A stretch of 64,000 nt of DNA from an uncultured Candidatus Bathyarchaeia archaeon (GCA_964623205.1 CAZUQX010000005.1:43826-107825); one strand, 5' to 3'. Counted from the stretch's first letter, positions 39,010-48,435 are shown. The notes: generated by a model not told the origin, from the sequence alone. Program-made: numbers and translations.

Positions 39010-39861
39010 ATGTCTTTGACAATTTCTTTACAAAAATTCAGAGACAAAATTGATGCCATCAAAAATCAGAGAGATTCTGTCCTGTTGAAAACAGCCTATC
39101 TGATTGCTGCTAGAAATAGTGAAGTCTGCTGCAATGCTTCACCTTATGATGTATTAAACAATGCTTCAAAAGGCTATGGAGTTTTCATGAAGTGCAGACT
39201 TCAGGACTACACAATAAAAGCAAAGTCAGAAGATGAGATAGATAGGATTGAGAAAGTCCTTCTTATTGAGAGTGGTGTGGCAAAACGAGGAAAGAAAGTT
39301 GGGAAGAAAACAGACGACAACGAAACTGAGGAAGCTCTAACTGAAGTCACTGATCATGAGATAACCGATGCCTTCACTAAGTATGGAGAGCTTGACCTCT
39401 TGGACAGAGTGATGTCAGGAGAACTTCAAGTGAATCCTCTGCTCGTCAAAGCTCTGCTTGGCAAAGTCCACCTGAAGACTGTGGCTCTTCCAACATCTGC
39501 AGCCTACGAGCCTTGGACTCTGGATCTCATACGGTGGATGCACAAGACGAAGAAACCACGTCTTAATTTCAGCATCACAAGGAAACAGTTTTGGAACATC
39601 CTTCGAGAACATCTTTCAGGCATCATGCCTAAGAAGGGAAACTCTACTCCCAAAAACATCTTGAGGCACTTCCGACTTTCACACTTGACTGAATACTACC
39701 AATTCGAGCCTTTTGATTTGACGTTGTATAGTGGCTGGACTGCTAGAACTGTCTTTGGTCAGATAGGAATCCCTGCAAGTGGCAATATTGATTCATACAT
39801 CCACTTGCGATGGCAAAGTTACTTTGGAAAATTACTTGTGCCTTTGAAAAGATTCTACTAA
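39010..39861 (+). CDS. Divergent tyrosine recombinase-like protein (catalytic domain only)
   Basis: AARNSEV (R), NILRHFRL (xxLRH), SGW in place of LGH, D.Y.H Tyr. Confidence 0.7.
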   Translation: MSLTISLQKFRDKIDAIKNQRDSVLLKTAYLIAARNSEVCCNASPYDVLNNASKGYGVFMKCRLQDYTIKAKSEDEIDRIEKVLLIESGVAKRGKKVGKKTDDNETEEALTEVTDHEITDAFTKYGELDLLDRVMSGELQVNPLLVKALLGKVHLKTVALPTSAAYEPWTLDLIRWMHKTKKPRLNFSITRKQFWNILREHLSGIMPKKGNSTPKNILRHFRLSHLTEYYQFEPFDLTLYSGWTARTVFGQIGIPASGNIDSYIHLRWQSYFGKLLVPLKRFY

Positions 39862-39958
39862 ATCTCACGAAGAGGCTATTACAAAAAACAGTAGATGAAC
39901 TATTGCAACAAACAAGATTATGCAAAAGTCATAGCTTGTGCTTAGAATTTTTGTTGTT

Positions 39959-40297
39959 CTAGTTTTTTAATTTCTTGAAGGAGTTCAAACGGTTTTTGTT
40001 GACTCTTGCTGATTCTATATATTTTGTAAATTCTAAGTGTTCTTGATTAGGGAAGTATTGAAATGGATATCCCATATTCTGAAATAGATTCTTCATAATT
40101 CTGATTTCAAGGACTTTTGCTCCCATTCCAAAAATGCTTTCGATAGCTTCTGCAAAATCTTTTATTCGAAATGGGATGTTTCGTTTGCTGAGCTTAAATT
40201 CTCTGTCTAGGTGGAAATAGATTGACTTTTTACACGTTTCTCCGAGTGAAGATAGTCCTTCATCTACTGCTTCTAGCAAAATTTCTTCAAAGCTCAT
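39959..40297 (-). CDS. Small helical protein (DUF3227/NitrOD5-like), copy 1
   Basis: LEAVDEGLSSLG, IYFHL, IFG.GAKVLE; paralogue at 61243-61575. Confidence 0.75.
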   Translation of the reverse strand: MSFEEILLEAVDEGLSSLGETCKKSIYFHLDREFKLSKRNIPFRIKDFAEAIESIFGMGAKVLEIRIMKNLFQNMGYPFQYFPNQEHLEFTKYIESARVNKNRLNSFKKLKN

Positions 40298-40454
40298 TGT
40301 CCAGTGTCACCTTCCATTTACGGATTGAAATATTACTTTCCTCTCTTGATCCATAAACATCGGTTTCTGTTCTAGGCTTTTCTGTTTGCGATTTTGTGGA
40401 GATTACGTTGAAGTGTGTTTTGTATAGATACCAATTTGTTGTGAATACTTTCAT
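40287..40454 (-). CDS. 55-aa upstream ORF coupled to the downstream gene, copy 1
   Basis: MKVFTTNWYLYKTHF...RKWKVTLDNEL; same length and frame as the copy at 61565-61732. Confidence 0.65.
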   Translation of the reverse strand: MKVFTTNWYLYKTHFNVISTKSQTEKPRTETDVYGSREESNISIRKWKVTLDNEL

Positions 40455-40470
40455 GTTTTTTTACCCCGTT

Positions 40471-40549
40471 TTGTTTCTATGTTCTATTGTTCTTCTGTTT
40501 TACTTCAATACATATCATATCTTATTACTTAATATACCCTTTATTTCCC
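40471..40549 (-). promoter_or_regulatory. 79-bp promoter/leader block, copy 1
   Basis: 77/79 identical to 61745-61823; contains GAAATAAAGGG-TATATTAAG BRE/TATA on the minus strand. Confidence 0.75.
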
Positions 40550-40825
40550 TTCACCACATATTCTAATAATCGATATATGTCCAAATGACCACATATCACA
40601 TAGATTAGTTACGAAGAGTCTATCACAAATTACGGTAAACAATATTACGGTGGACAAGGTTAGGGCTAAAATCTACTCTTGAGCATTCAGTAGAGGGCAT
40701 TGTTGAAAAGAAAGTCTAGTATGTTTCTCGTTAGTTTACCGATGGAAATCAGTAAGATGACAACAAAAACTGAGCATATCTAGCCTTCATTTCTTATGAA
40801 AATACCTTTGAAGATCCATGATCAC

Positions 40826-41032
40826 CTACTCGATATAATGAGGTTTCTTTCGAGATCTTCTTTCTTCTCTCTTCAAGAGCTTAAGCTGAACTTCTGAAAG
40901 TTGCAGGTTTACTTTTGCAGTTTTCACTAAGGTCTCCTGTTCTAAGAGAGTTAGACGAGTAGTCTGTTCTTCAGCCCAATTATTCAATATTCTTTTTCGT
41001 TGTCGTCTCTTCAGCCACGAAAATAGACTCAT
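40826..41032 (-). CDS. Small basic hypothetical protein
   Basis: 68-aa ORF co-oriented directly after the wHTH gene. Confidence 0.55.
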   Translation of the reverse strand: MSLFSWLKRRQRKRILNNWAEEQTTRLTLLEQETLVKTAKVNLQLSEVQLKLLKREERRSRKKPHYIE

Positions 41033-41057
41033 TAGCTTTCCCTTATTTTTTGCTTTC

Positions 41058-42146
41058 TTACGTTACTATGACCTCTTTATTCATCCATGAACCAAGCCTT
41101 TTCAATGGATGGGTATCAGCTAAATTCACAGTTAGGAACGAAATATCACGGTTAAGCCATTCACATATCCTCATGAATAGATTCTGTCTCTTAAGCTGTT
41201 GTAAAGCAGATGAACTCTGAACTTCTTTTAGCTTTTCAATCTCAGCTTCAACATGCTCAATCCTTTCTGTCTGTTTAGGAACCTTTTCCACAACAACGTC
41301 AGCTAATCTCTTCATCGAGCCAACTGCTTCAGCCAGAAATTTCTCTCTATTGTCCAAATGTTCATTCTGTTGGATTGATTGCCTCATTGCAAGGTATAAT
41401 GTCTGCAACAGATTGTAGTTGGAAATTCCACCTTGCAAAACGGTGAGTGCCTCATCAAGAGGGATAGCTCCCTTTATTTTTACTTCATCCCTTATCCCAA
41501 ATTTCTTGTTGTAAATTCTTCTGAAACTGTTATCAAAGGCTTTCAGAGTAAGAGCCTTAACTCCATCGAGTTTCCATCCCTCGTAGTCCAAATTCCACTC
41601 TGGAGAACTTATGCTTACCTGATCCCAATCATCAACACTAAGTTCTTTCAAAACTCGATCCACCAAGATTCTGAAACTAACATAATCAAAGGAGTAATCC
41701 CCTTCACAGTCAATGAAAACTTGAGCTGTGCCATTTTCGTAAACAATGAACTTAATCCTGATAATATCCAGATTCAGTAGCCACTTTGATGCTTCACGGT
41801 CAACATCTCTAACCGTAAATCGAATTGAATGAATCTTGGGAAAGAAAATTTCAGCGTCACTTTTGAGCATGCTGCCACCAAAAGTGACTGAATAACCATT
41901 AGATGCGTAGTGTCCATGGTAAACCTTATCGATGAAGCCCCTCTTAAATAGCCTCAGAATGGTTTTTCTCACGGTGGAATGCTTAATTTTCGTTTTTAAG
42001 GCTATTTCTTTTGGCGTTATTAAACTAGCACTCCTATTGACCTCTTCAAGGATTTCTTTTTCAATATCAGAGAATCCTCTAGTATAGTTAAAGTGACTGG
42101 GGTTGTCACGTTTCAACTTTCTCGGATCTGGATCCTTTTCGATCAT
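41058..42146 (-). CDS. wHTH-domain protein, candidate replication initiator of the element
   Basis: TPKEIA...HSTVRK.I.RL...GFI wHTH, alpha/beta middle domain, coiled-coil tail; iteron-like repeats upstream. Confidence 0.6.
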   Translation of the reverse strand: MIEKDPDPRKLKRDNPSHFNYTRGFSDIEKEILEEVNRSASLITPKEIALKTKIKHSTVRKTILRLFKRGFIDKVYHGHYASNGYSVTFGGSMLKSDAEIFFPKIHSIRFTVRDVDREASKWLLNLDIIRIKFIVYENGTAQVFIDCEGDYSFDYVSFRILVDRVLKELSVDDWDQVSISSPEWNLDYEGWKLDGVKALTLKAFDNSFRRIYNKKFGIRDEVKIKGAIPLDEALTVLQGGISNYNLLQTLYLAMRQSIQQNEHLDNREKFLAEAVGSMKRLADVVVEKVPKQTERIEHVEAEIEKLKEVQSSSALQQLKRQNLFMRICEWLNRDISFLTVNLADTHPLKRLGSWMNKEVIVT

Positions 42147-42202
42147 TTCATAAAGAATATGTCTAAATTATCTTAATAAGTTTGTGATAAATTCAAAACA
42201 TA

Positions 42203-42250
42203 TTAGGACTTATAGTATAAGTTCATAAATATTATAGTATAAGTTCCTAA
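42203..42250. repeat. Tandem 15-bp repeat TTATAGTATAAGTTC x2 with 22-bp period
   Basis: Copies at 42210-24 and 42232-46; palindromic core; outer arms TTAGGA/TCCTAA. Confidence 0.8.
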
Positions 42251-42375
42251 AAATATGCAAAAACCCATCATAATTGGTTCTTGCCCTAGTTTCATTGTCG
42301 TCTGCTCTTCAGATAGTTAAATAAAATGAAAGCTATCTTATGCTAGGAAAAAACGGAAAATTCTTAGTGTAGCTT

Positions 42376-42984
42376 TTAGTCTATCACCATCGATTTCTCT
42401 TTCTTGGCAGCTTCTCGAATTTCGAGGATTTTTGAGATGTAATAGGTTTCAATATGGATTTCTTTCAAGTTTTGCAGTATGCCCGATTTATTTTGAATGA
42501 AAGATGAGAGATATTTGCTCTGAGATTTCTTGTTTGTTAGAAGAGCCAATAATCCAATTGCCACCAAGATAATCATTGGAATAATCCAAAGAAGGATTGC
42601 TGGATGTGGATAACCCTTTAAAATCCATATCGAGTCTTTGATCCAGATTGAACCTTTAATCCATGTTGAAAAGCTGTTGAGAGTGTAGAATAGAAGAGCT
42701 GATGAAATGGCAATTAATCCAGCTGCAAAAACCGTTTGCAGAATATTCAGATACCATTTTACAATATCAGGAAAGGTTTTCATCCACATCTTGAGGTATT
42801 CATCAGGAGCATTTTGAAATTTTTCACATCTAGCGAATATGTTTTCACGATATAGGGGTTTGCCATCAGGCTTCCCTCCCTCGTTAAACTCTGTGTAATT
42901 ATTTCTAACCCAACGTCTTACTAATTTCTCCACATTTTCCTCAGTTTCAGGTATTTCTTCTTTTGCCATAATCTGAACCTGCAC
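42376..42984 (-). CDS. Hypothetical two-TM protein
   Basis: 202-aa AT-rich ORF. Confidence 0.65.
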   Translation of the reverse strand: MQVQIMAKEEIPETEENVEKLVRRWVRNNYTEFNEGGKPDGKPLYRENIFARCEKFQNAPDEYLKMWMKTFPDIVKWYLNILQTVFAAGLIAISSALLFYTLNSFSTWIKGSIWIKDSIWILKGYPHPAILLWIIPMIILVAIGLLALLTNKKSQSKYLSSFIQNKSGILQNLKEIHIETYYISKILEIREAAKKEKSMVID

Positions 42985-43127
42985 ACGATGAACTATCTAA
43001 CAAACCTTACTATTAAGAATGATATTCACTTCACTTAAATTTTCTATAACCTTTTCAGTTCTTCAAAATGCTTTGAACTGTCATTGAAATTTGAGCCTAT
43101 CGTGGGTTACGGTATTTTGGACTTTTT

Positions 43128-45779
43128 TCAGAATGAACGTGTATATTTGCAAGTGGGATAATTGCTGCAACCATAGAATTTTGAATATCTTCCTGATCTT
43201 TCAACAAGGTATCCATTTTGACACCAAGGGCATTTGTCTGTTTTAAAGGAACATTCTGAATTTGAACAATCATAATACTCTGCAAACTGGTTTCCATCTT
43301 GTTTGTGAAGAAAGCCTCTTTTGCATTGTGAGCATAAATTGGGTTTGTATTGACAGTAAGGAAAGTTGTTGCATGAAAAAAACATTCCATGTCTTCCTTC
43401 TCGAGATAGAATTACACCAGTTTTACATTCAGGACATGTAACGTTTCCTTCGCTAATTCCCTCAATATCAATTTCATAATCTCCTGTTTCAATCTCACGA
43501 GCAAAAGATGAAGGATTTTTCTCATTGGCAATCAAGTAGACATGTTTTCTTGCTCGTGTTACAGCAACGTAAAACAGTCTTCTTTCTTCAGCATTGGAAA
43601 CCATCTCTTTTCTCGATAAAACAATCTCCAATATTGGATCATCTTCTATTTGCGAGGGAAAGGCATAGCCTTTGCAAGTTAGCCCAATAACGATTATGTA
43701 ATCAACTTCTCTGCCTTTTGAACTGTGAGCTGTCGTAAACCTGATATTCAGATTAGGATACAGTTCTCTGAGTTGATGGATGTTTGTTGGCTCTTGATGG
43801 TTATATCTCCCAATTATGAACACTTTGGCTCTTTTTTCTGAATTTGATATTTCTTCCAAGATTGCTGAAATTTTATCATCCACTGGATCTTTCCAAATGA
43901 GTGTCACAGAAGGGTTAGTAGACTTCCGATTAGAGTTCAAAAGTTTTTCAATTTGATTAGGATTTTTAAGTATGAATTTGTTTGAGAACTCACACAGTTG
44001 GTCATCAAATCTAAAAGTAGTGCATAGACTCAGTCTTTCAGAAGGATTAAAATGCTGATCGAAATCAGTCATCAAGGAGATGTCACTCCCAGTGAAACGA
44101 TAGATGGACTGCCAATCGTCTCCTACACAAAAGAGTTTTACATTTTCATTCTGTTGAACTAAAGCCTTCAGTAAACGACATCTACTTTGCGATATATCTT
44201 GGAACTCATCAACAAGAATATATCTAATTCTTAAATTACACTTTCCATTTTTCAGGTATTTTTCAGCCTTGCATATCATATCATTGAAGTCAATTTCGTC
44301 ACCAAGATTCTCCTTATAATCGTGAAGGATGCATGAAAAGATTTCAACAAATATTTTTGATCGTTGAAAATTAGGAAAATTTTTTGAACGGTTTAATAGT
44401 TCAGGAATAGACATCCCTGAAGATTTAAACAGATTAAGAAAAGTAGCAATCAATTTAGCAAAAGGATGAAGCAATCCAATCTGATTTATTTGATCAAACA
44501 TCTGTTCTGGATCAATCGGATTAAACTGCACTCCTAGAGACGCAAGATTTTTTTCAAGTTCCTCAATCAAGATTCCCTCTTGTTTCTGCCAACTATATGT
44601 TTTCACCAATCTCGTTCCGTTTTCTCTATGAATTTTCTGCTTCCACTCCATTCCTTCAAGATATTTTCTCTTATCCAAAAATGGAGCTGGATTGTTATTT
44701 CTATCTACACCAAAATGTTCAATATAAATTCCATATTTTGGTAAATAAAAATCAGGTCTATACTGACGTTTATCTCTTGAAGCAGTAGGGATTTCATAAT
44801 CTGCTTCGTATATATAGTCAATACCATTTGTGAAAAGGAAGTTGGCTATTTGACATTCCTCAAGACTTTTCACTAGGTCTCCTTTTAGGGAACGAATTTG
44901 GTTATTACGGAGAAAAGTTATGTATTCTCCCTTAGATGAAAATTCAAATTCGCTAACAAAAGGGGTTTCATGGTAGGCAAAGTAGTTAGTTAATTTCTGT
45001 AGAAAATCTTGATCCTTAGATCTTTTCTTTATATAATCCTGTATTGCATTTGGAAGTTTCAGCTTCTCATCCGTAGCTAGTTTGGAAACAGAGGGTATCT
45101 TCTTTTCCACATTACCAATGATTTCCAAACCTAAACTGTGAAAAGTCTTCACTTTTAGCATGTTTCCAAAAAAAGCATTACATCTTTTTTCCATTTCTTC
45201 CATTGCTTTATTTCCATAACAGAGCAATAGAATTTCATCAGGTTTGGCTAAGCCATTGTGGATTAAATAACCTGCTTTTGCAACTATGGTATTGGTTTTT
45301 CCAGTTCCAGCTCCAGCCACTACTAATACATGTTTTTCATCTGTTACGATTGCACGTCTTTGTTCATCAGAAAGTGGATGAGACACTATATTGTCAAAAA
45401 ATTCTTTGTTTCTAGTTAATTCCTGAGTAATATAATTCTGGTTCTTCTCTTCAATAAGGTGTTTTCCATTTTCAAGTGCTATTTTTAGCTCCTTTAGCTC
45501 ATCTTCAAAATCAATTTGTATTTCATTCTTGGAATATTCGTTTACTATGGATCTGAGGTAACTCCATTGATCAAGCCAATCCAGATACTTGCTTTTGGAT
45601 ATGTATGTTTTTGAACTCAAGATTGAACGAAAAGAATTTATTGCATTGAGAACATCTTCTCGTTTTGCATCCAGTTCTATTCTGAGCTTTTTGACTCTAT
45701 TTCTCCTTATAATTATGAAGAAGATCAACGATGAAATAGCGAGTATTAGTATAGCGAAATAGGGAAGAAAATTCAACAA
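43128..45779 (-). CDS. UvrD-family helicase IV-like protein with N-terminal TM, inserted PD-(D/E)xK-like domain and topoisomerase-type Zn ribbons
   Basis: AGAGTGKT, DEFQD, VGDDWQSIYRF, H.SKG.E, EERRLFYVAVTRA; YRPDFYL...IEHFG; CPEC/CPWC...CSNYPTC. Confidence 0.9.
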   Translation of the reverse strand: MLNFLPYFAILILAISSLIFFIIIRRNRVKKLRIELDAKREDVLNAINSFRSILSSKTYISKSKYLDWLDQWSYLRSIVNEYSKNEIQIDFEDELKELKIALENGKHLIEEKNQNYITQELTRNKEFFDNIVSHPLSDEQRRAIVTDEKHVLVVAGAGTGKTNTIVAKAGYLIHNGLAKPDEILLLCYGNKAMEEMEKRCNAFFGNMLKVKTFHSLGLEIIGNVEKKIPSVSKLATDEKLKLPNAIQDYIKKRSKDQDFLQKLTNYFAYHETPFVSEFEFSSKGEYITFLRNNQIRSLKGDLVKSLEECQIANFLFTNGIDYIYEADYEIPTASRDKRQYRPDFYLPKYGIYIEHFGVDRNNNPAPFLDKRKYLEGMEWKQKIHRENGTRLVKTYSWQKQEGILIEELEKNLASLGVQFNPIDPEQMFDQINQIGLLHPFAKLIATFLNLFKSSGMSIPELLNRSKNFPNFQRSKIFVEIFSCILHDYKENLGDEIDFNDMICKAEKYLKNGKCNLRIRYILVDEFQDISQSRCRLLKALVQQNENVKLFCVGDDWQSIYRFTGSDISLMTDFDQHFNPSERLSLCTTFRFDDQLCEFSNKFILKNPNQIEKLLNSNRKSTNPSVTLIWKDPVDDKISAILEEISNSEKRAKVFIIGRYNHQEPTNIHQLRELYPNLNIRFTTAHSSKGREVDYIIVIGLTCKGYAFPSQIEDDPILEIVLSRKEMVSNAEERRLFYVAVTRARKHVYLIANEKNPSSFAREIETGDYEIDIEGISEGNVTCPECKTGVILSREGRHGMFFSCNNFPYCQYKPNLCSQCKRGFLHKQDGNQFAEYYDCSNSECSFKTDKCPWCQNGYLVERSGRYSKFYGCSNYPTCKYTRSF

Positions 45780-46046
45780 CTAAGACTTCCAAGGTTCTTT
45801 ACTTCAAGTTTAAAAAATCAAAATGAATTTAACATTTATGAATTTGAGAGGACAATCAAATCAATTCAGTAATAGGTATGGATAATCTCCTCTGCACTTT
45901 AGTTAGTAAAAAATTGATTTCCATTCTTATGTTTGATAAATGGAATTTGGTGTCGTCTGATTCGATTAATCTTACTCTACGATAACCCTTATAGGTTAGC
46001 TTTTCATCTAGCATGCTGTCCATTAACAATTAGGAGAATCATCAAG

Positions 46047-48257
46047 GTGCCCAAATTCAGGCAAACAAGCGACATCATAAAGCTCATGACCAACAAAGAG
46101 GACATAAGGGACATCGGCATAATTGCCCACATAGACCATGGCAAAACAACTATGTCAGATTCCCTTCTAGCCGAAGCAGGCCTCCTCTCACCGAAAATCG
46201 CAGGAGCAGCAAGAGCCCTCGACTATCTTGAGGAGGAACAGAAGCGGGGAATCACCATAAAAACAGCCAACATCTCCCTCCTCCACGAGATCGAAGGCAC
46301 ATCACACGTAGTTAACCTCATAGACACCCCTGGGCACGTAGACTTCACAGGCAAAGTAACACGTGCCCTAAGAGCCATCGACGGAGCAGTCGTAGTTGTA
46401 GACGCAGTCGAAGAAGTGATGGTTCAGACAGAAACCGTCACCCGCCAAGCCCTCAACGAACGAGTCAAACCTGTCCTCTTCATCAACAAAGTCGACCGCC
46501 TAATCAAAGAACTGAAACTCAACACAGAGCAAGTGCAATCCAAACTTCTCCGAATAATCCGAGACTTCAACAACCTGATTTCATTGTACGGAGAGAAAGA
46601 ACACAAAGAACAATGGAAAGTCGACGCAACTAAGGGAACAGTAGCTTTTGGTTCTGCCCTGCACAAATGGGGCTTCACGCTTGACATAGCTCAGCAGAAA
46701 GGAATAAAATTCAGTGACGTTGTGGACGCTTATCAGACTGGACGCTATGAAGAACTTTCAGAAACTGTTCCTCTTCACACCGCAATACTGAACATGGCAG
46801 TCAAGAATCTTCCAAACCCCGTAGTAGCTCAGAAATATCGAGTTCCCAAAGTCTGGAAGGGTGAGCTGGACTCCGAGATTGGAAAGGCTATGATTAACTG
46901 TGACGAGAATGGTCCCACAGTTATATGTTTGACTTCAGCCCAGATGGATACCCATGCAGGCTTAGTCACCACGGGACGGACCTTTTCAGGGGTCATTCAG
47001 GAAGGCGATCGCGTTTATTTGGTGGGCGCCAAGAAGGATTATCGTGTTCAGCAAGTCTCTATGTATATGGGCGCCTTCAGAGAGGTTGTCGGTCGCATAG
47101 TCGCCGGAAACATAGCTGCAATTCTGGGATTGGATCTTGCTAGGGCAGGAGAAACCCTTGTAGATGTTGACCACAAAGACGCTATGATGCCCTTTGAAAG
47201 CATAAAGTATGTCTCTGAACCCGTTATCACCATTGCCGTAGAACCAAAGCATCCTAGGGAGTTGCCGCGCCTCGTAGATTTGATGGGTCGGTTAGCTATT
47301 GACGATCCAAACTTGGTAACTAAAATTAACAAAGAGACTGGCGAGTATCTTCTCAGCGGAATGGGTGAACTCCATCTTGAGATCGCTGTTAAGTTCCTCA
47401 AAGAATATGGTGGTGGACTAGAGCTTATAACATCCCGTCCAATAGTCGTCTACCGGGAAAGCATAGCTGGCGAAGGGGTAGTAGCGATGGCAAAGAGCCC
47501 CAACAAACACAGCAGATTCTGGGTCCAAGTTGAACCTCTTGACCAAAATGTTATTGAACTGATGGAAAAAGGTGAGCTGTTTGAAGGGATGGGACAAAAG
47601 CGGATCGACGGCGTTCTACGCGCGGAAGCAGGCTGGTCTGCTAAGGAAGCGAGAAACGTATGGGCTTTGGAAGAACATAAGAATATCCTATTGGACATGA
47701 CGAAGGGTATTCAATACCTTCGAGAAGTGAAGGAGACAGTTAATTCAGGTTTCAGATGGGCAACCAAAAATGGACCCCTTTCTGATGAACCAATACGCGG
47801 AGTCAAGGTGAAGCTTTTGGACGCAAAACTGCATGAAGATCCAGTTCACCGTGGACCAGCACAGATCATGCCGGCAATGAAAAGAGCTGTTTGGGGGTCT
47901 TTCCTGACAGCCCAACCGATCCTCTCTGAACCAATATACAAAATTGGTGTTTCAGTTCCTCAACAATTTGTTGGCGAAGTAACTGGATTAATAACCCGTA
48001 AAAGAGGAAGAGTAACTGCTTCGGAACAGAAGGGGCCGGTGACCATGATCAAGGGATTCATTCCGGTTTCGGAGACTTTTGGGCTCTCCGCTGATATGCG
48101 ATCAGCGACTTCTGGGCATGCTTTCTGGCAGACGCAGTTTGATCATTGGGAAAAGGTTCCTGAAAGCCTTGCCATGGATGTCATTGCGGAGATTCGGAAG
48201 AGAAGGGGACTGCCTGAAGAGATACCTAAAGCAAACAAATTCATTGATGAAGCTTAA
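46047..48257 (+). CDS. fusA: Elongation factor aEF-2
   Basis: AHIDHGKTT, RGITI, DTPGH, NKVD, HEDPVHRG diphthamide loop; GTG start after AGGAG. Confidence 0.97.
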   Translation: MPKFRQTSDIIKLMTNKEDIRDIGIIAHIDHGKTTMSDSLLAEAGLLSPKIAGAARALDYLEEEQKRGITIKTANISLLHEIEGTSHVVNLIDTPGHVDFTGKVTRALRAIDGAVVVVDAVEEVMVQTETVTRQALNERVKPVLFINKVDRLIKELKLNTEQVQSKLLRIIRDFNNLISLYGEKEHKEQWKVDATKGTVAFGSALHKWGFTLDIAQQKGIKFSDVVDAYQTGRYEELSETVPLHTAILNMAVKNLPNPVVAQKYRVPKVWKGELDSEIGKAMINCDENGPTVICLTSAQMDTHAGLVTTGRTFSGVIQEGDRVYLVGAKKDYRVQQVSMYMGAFREVVGRIVAGNIAAILGLDLARAGETLVDVDHKDAMMPFESIKYVSEPVITIAVEPKHPRELPRLVDLMGRLAIDDPNLVTKINKETGEYLLSGMGELHLEIAVKFLKEYGGGLELITSRPIVVYRESIAGEGVVAMAKSPNKHSRFWVQVEPLDQNVIELMEKGELFEGMGQKRIDGVLRAEAGWSAKEARNVWALEEHKNILLDMTKGIQYLREVKETVNSGFRWATKNGPLSDEPIRGVKVKLLDAKLHEDPVHRGPAQIMPAMKRAVWGSFLTAQPILSEPIYKIGVSVPQQFVGEVTGLITRKRGRVTASEQKGPVTMIKGFIPVSETFGLSADMRSATSGHAFWQTQFDHWEKVPESLAMDVIAEIRKRRGLPEEIPKANKFIDEA

Positions 48258-48435
48258 ACCTGACAGCAACACACACAAAACAGGCATTTAGCGAATAGTG
48301 CTGATCGACTGGATGACTTTTTTCACAATCTTTTTTATTTTACATGTTTGTGATGAAAGGAGTGGGATAATGTGGTTGCTGTCACACTGTTTAAGGTCGT
48401 GGTTCCTACTTTGAGTTTTCTAGTCGATCTGTCGG

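Larger units (their letters stand above)
35290..45950. mobile_element. Putative integrated element (ends approximate)
   Basis: Integrase at left edge, second recombinase, RHH, wHTH protein, helicase, orphan ORFs; visibly AT-richer; bounded by housekeeping genes. Confidence 0.7.

Noticed and set aside
45933-46046. N-terminal extension of EF-2 in the ORF track
   Set aside because: Contains a TATA-like box and an AGGAG RBS before GTG 46047; homology starts there
47830-47865. EF-2 as a diphthamide-less paralogue
   Set aside because: The HEDPVHRGPAQ loop is canonical
48245-48326. Possible C/D boxes (TTGATGA...CTGA...CTGA...GGATGA) at the end of fusA
   Set aside because: Box order and spacing are wrong, with no terminal stem or recognisable guide
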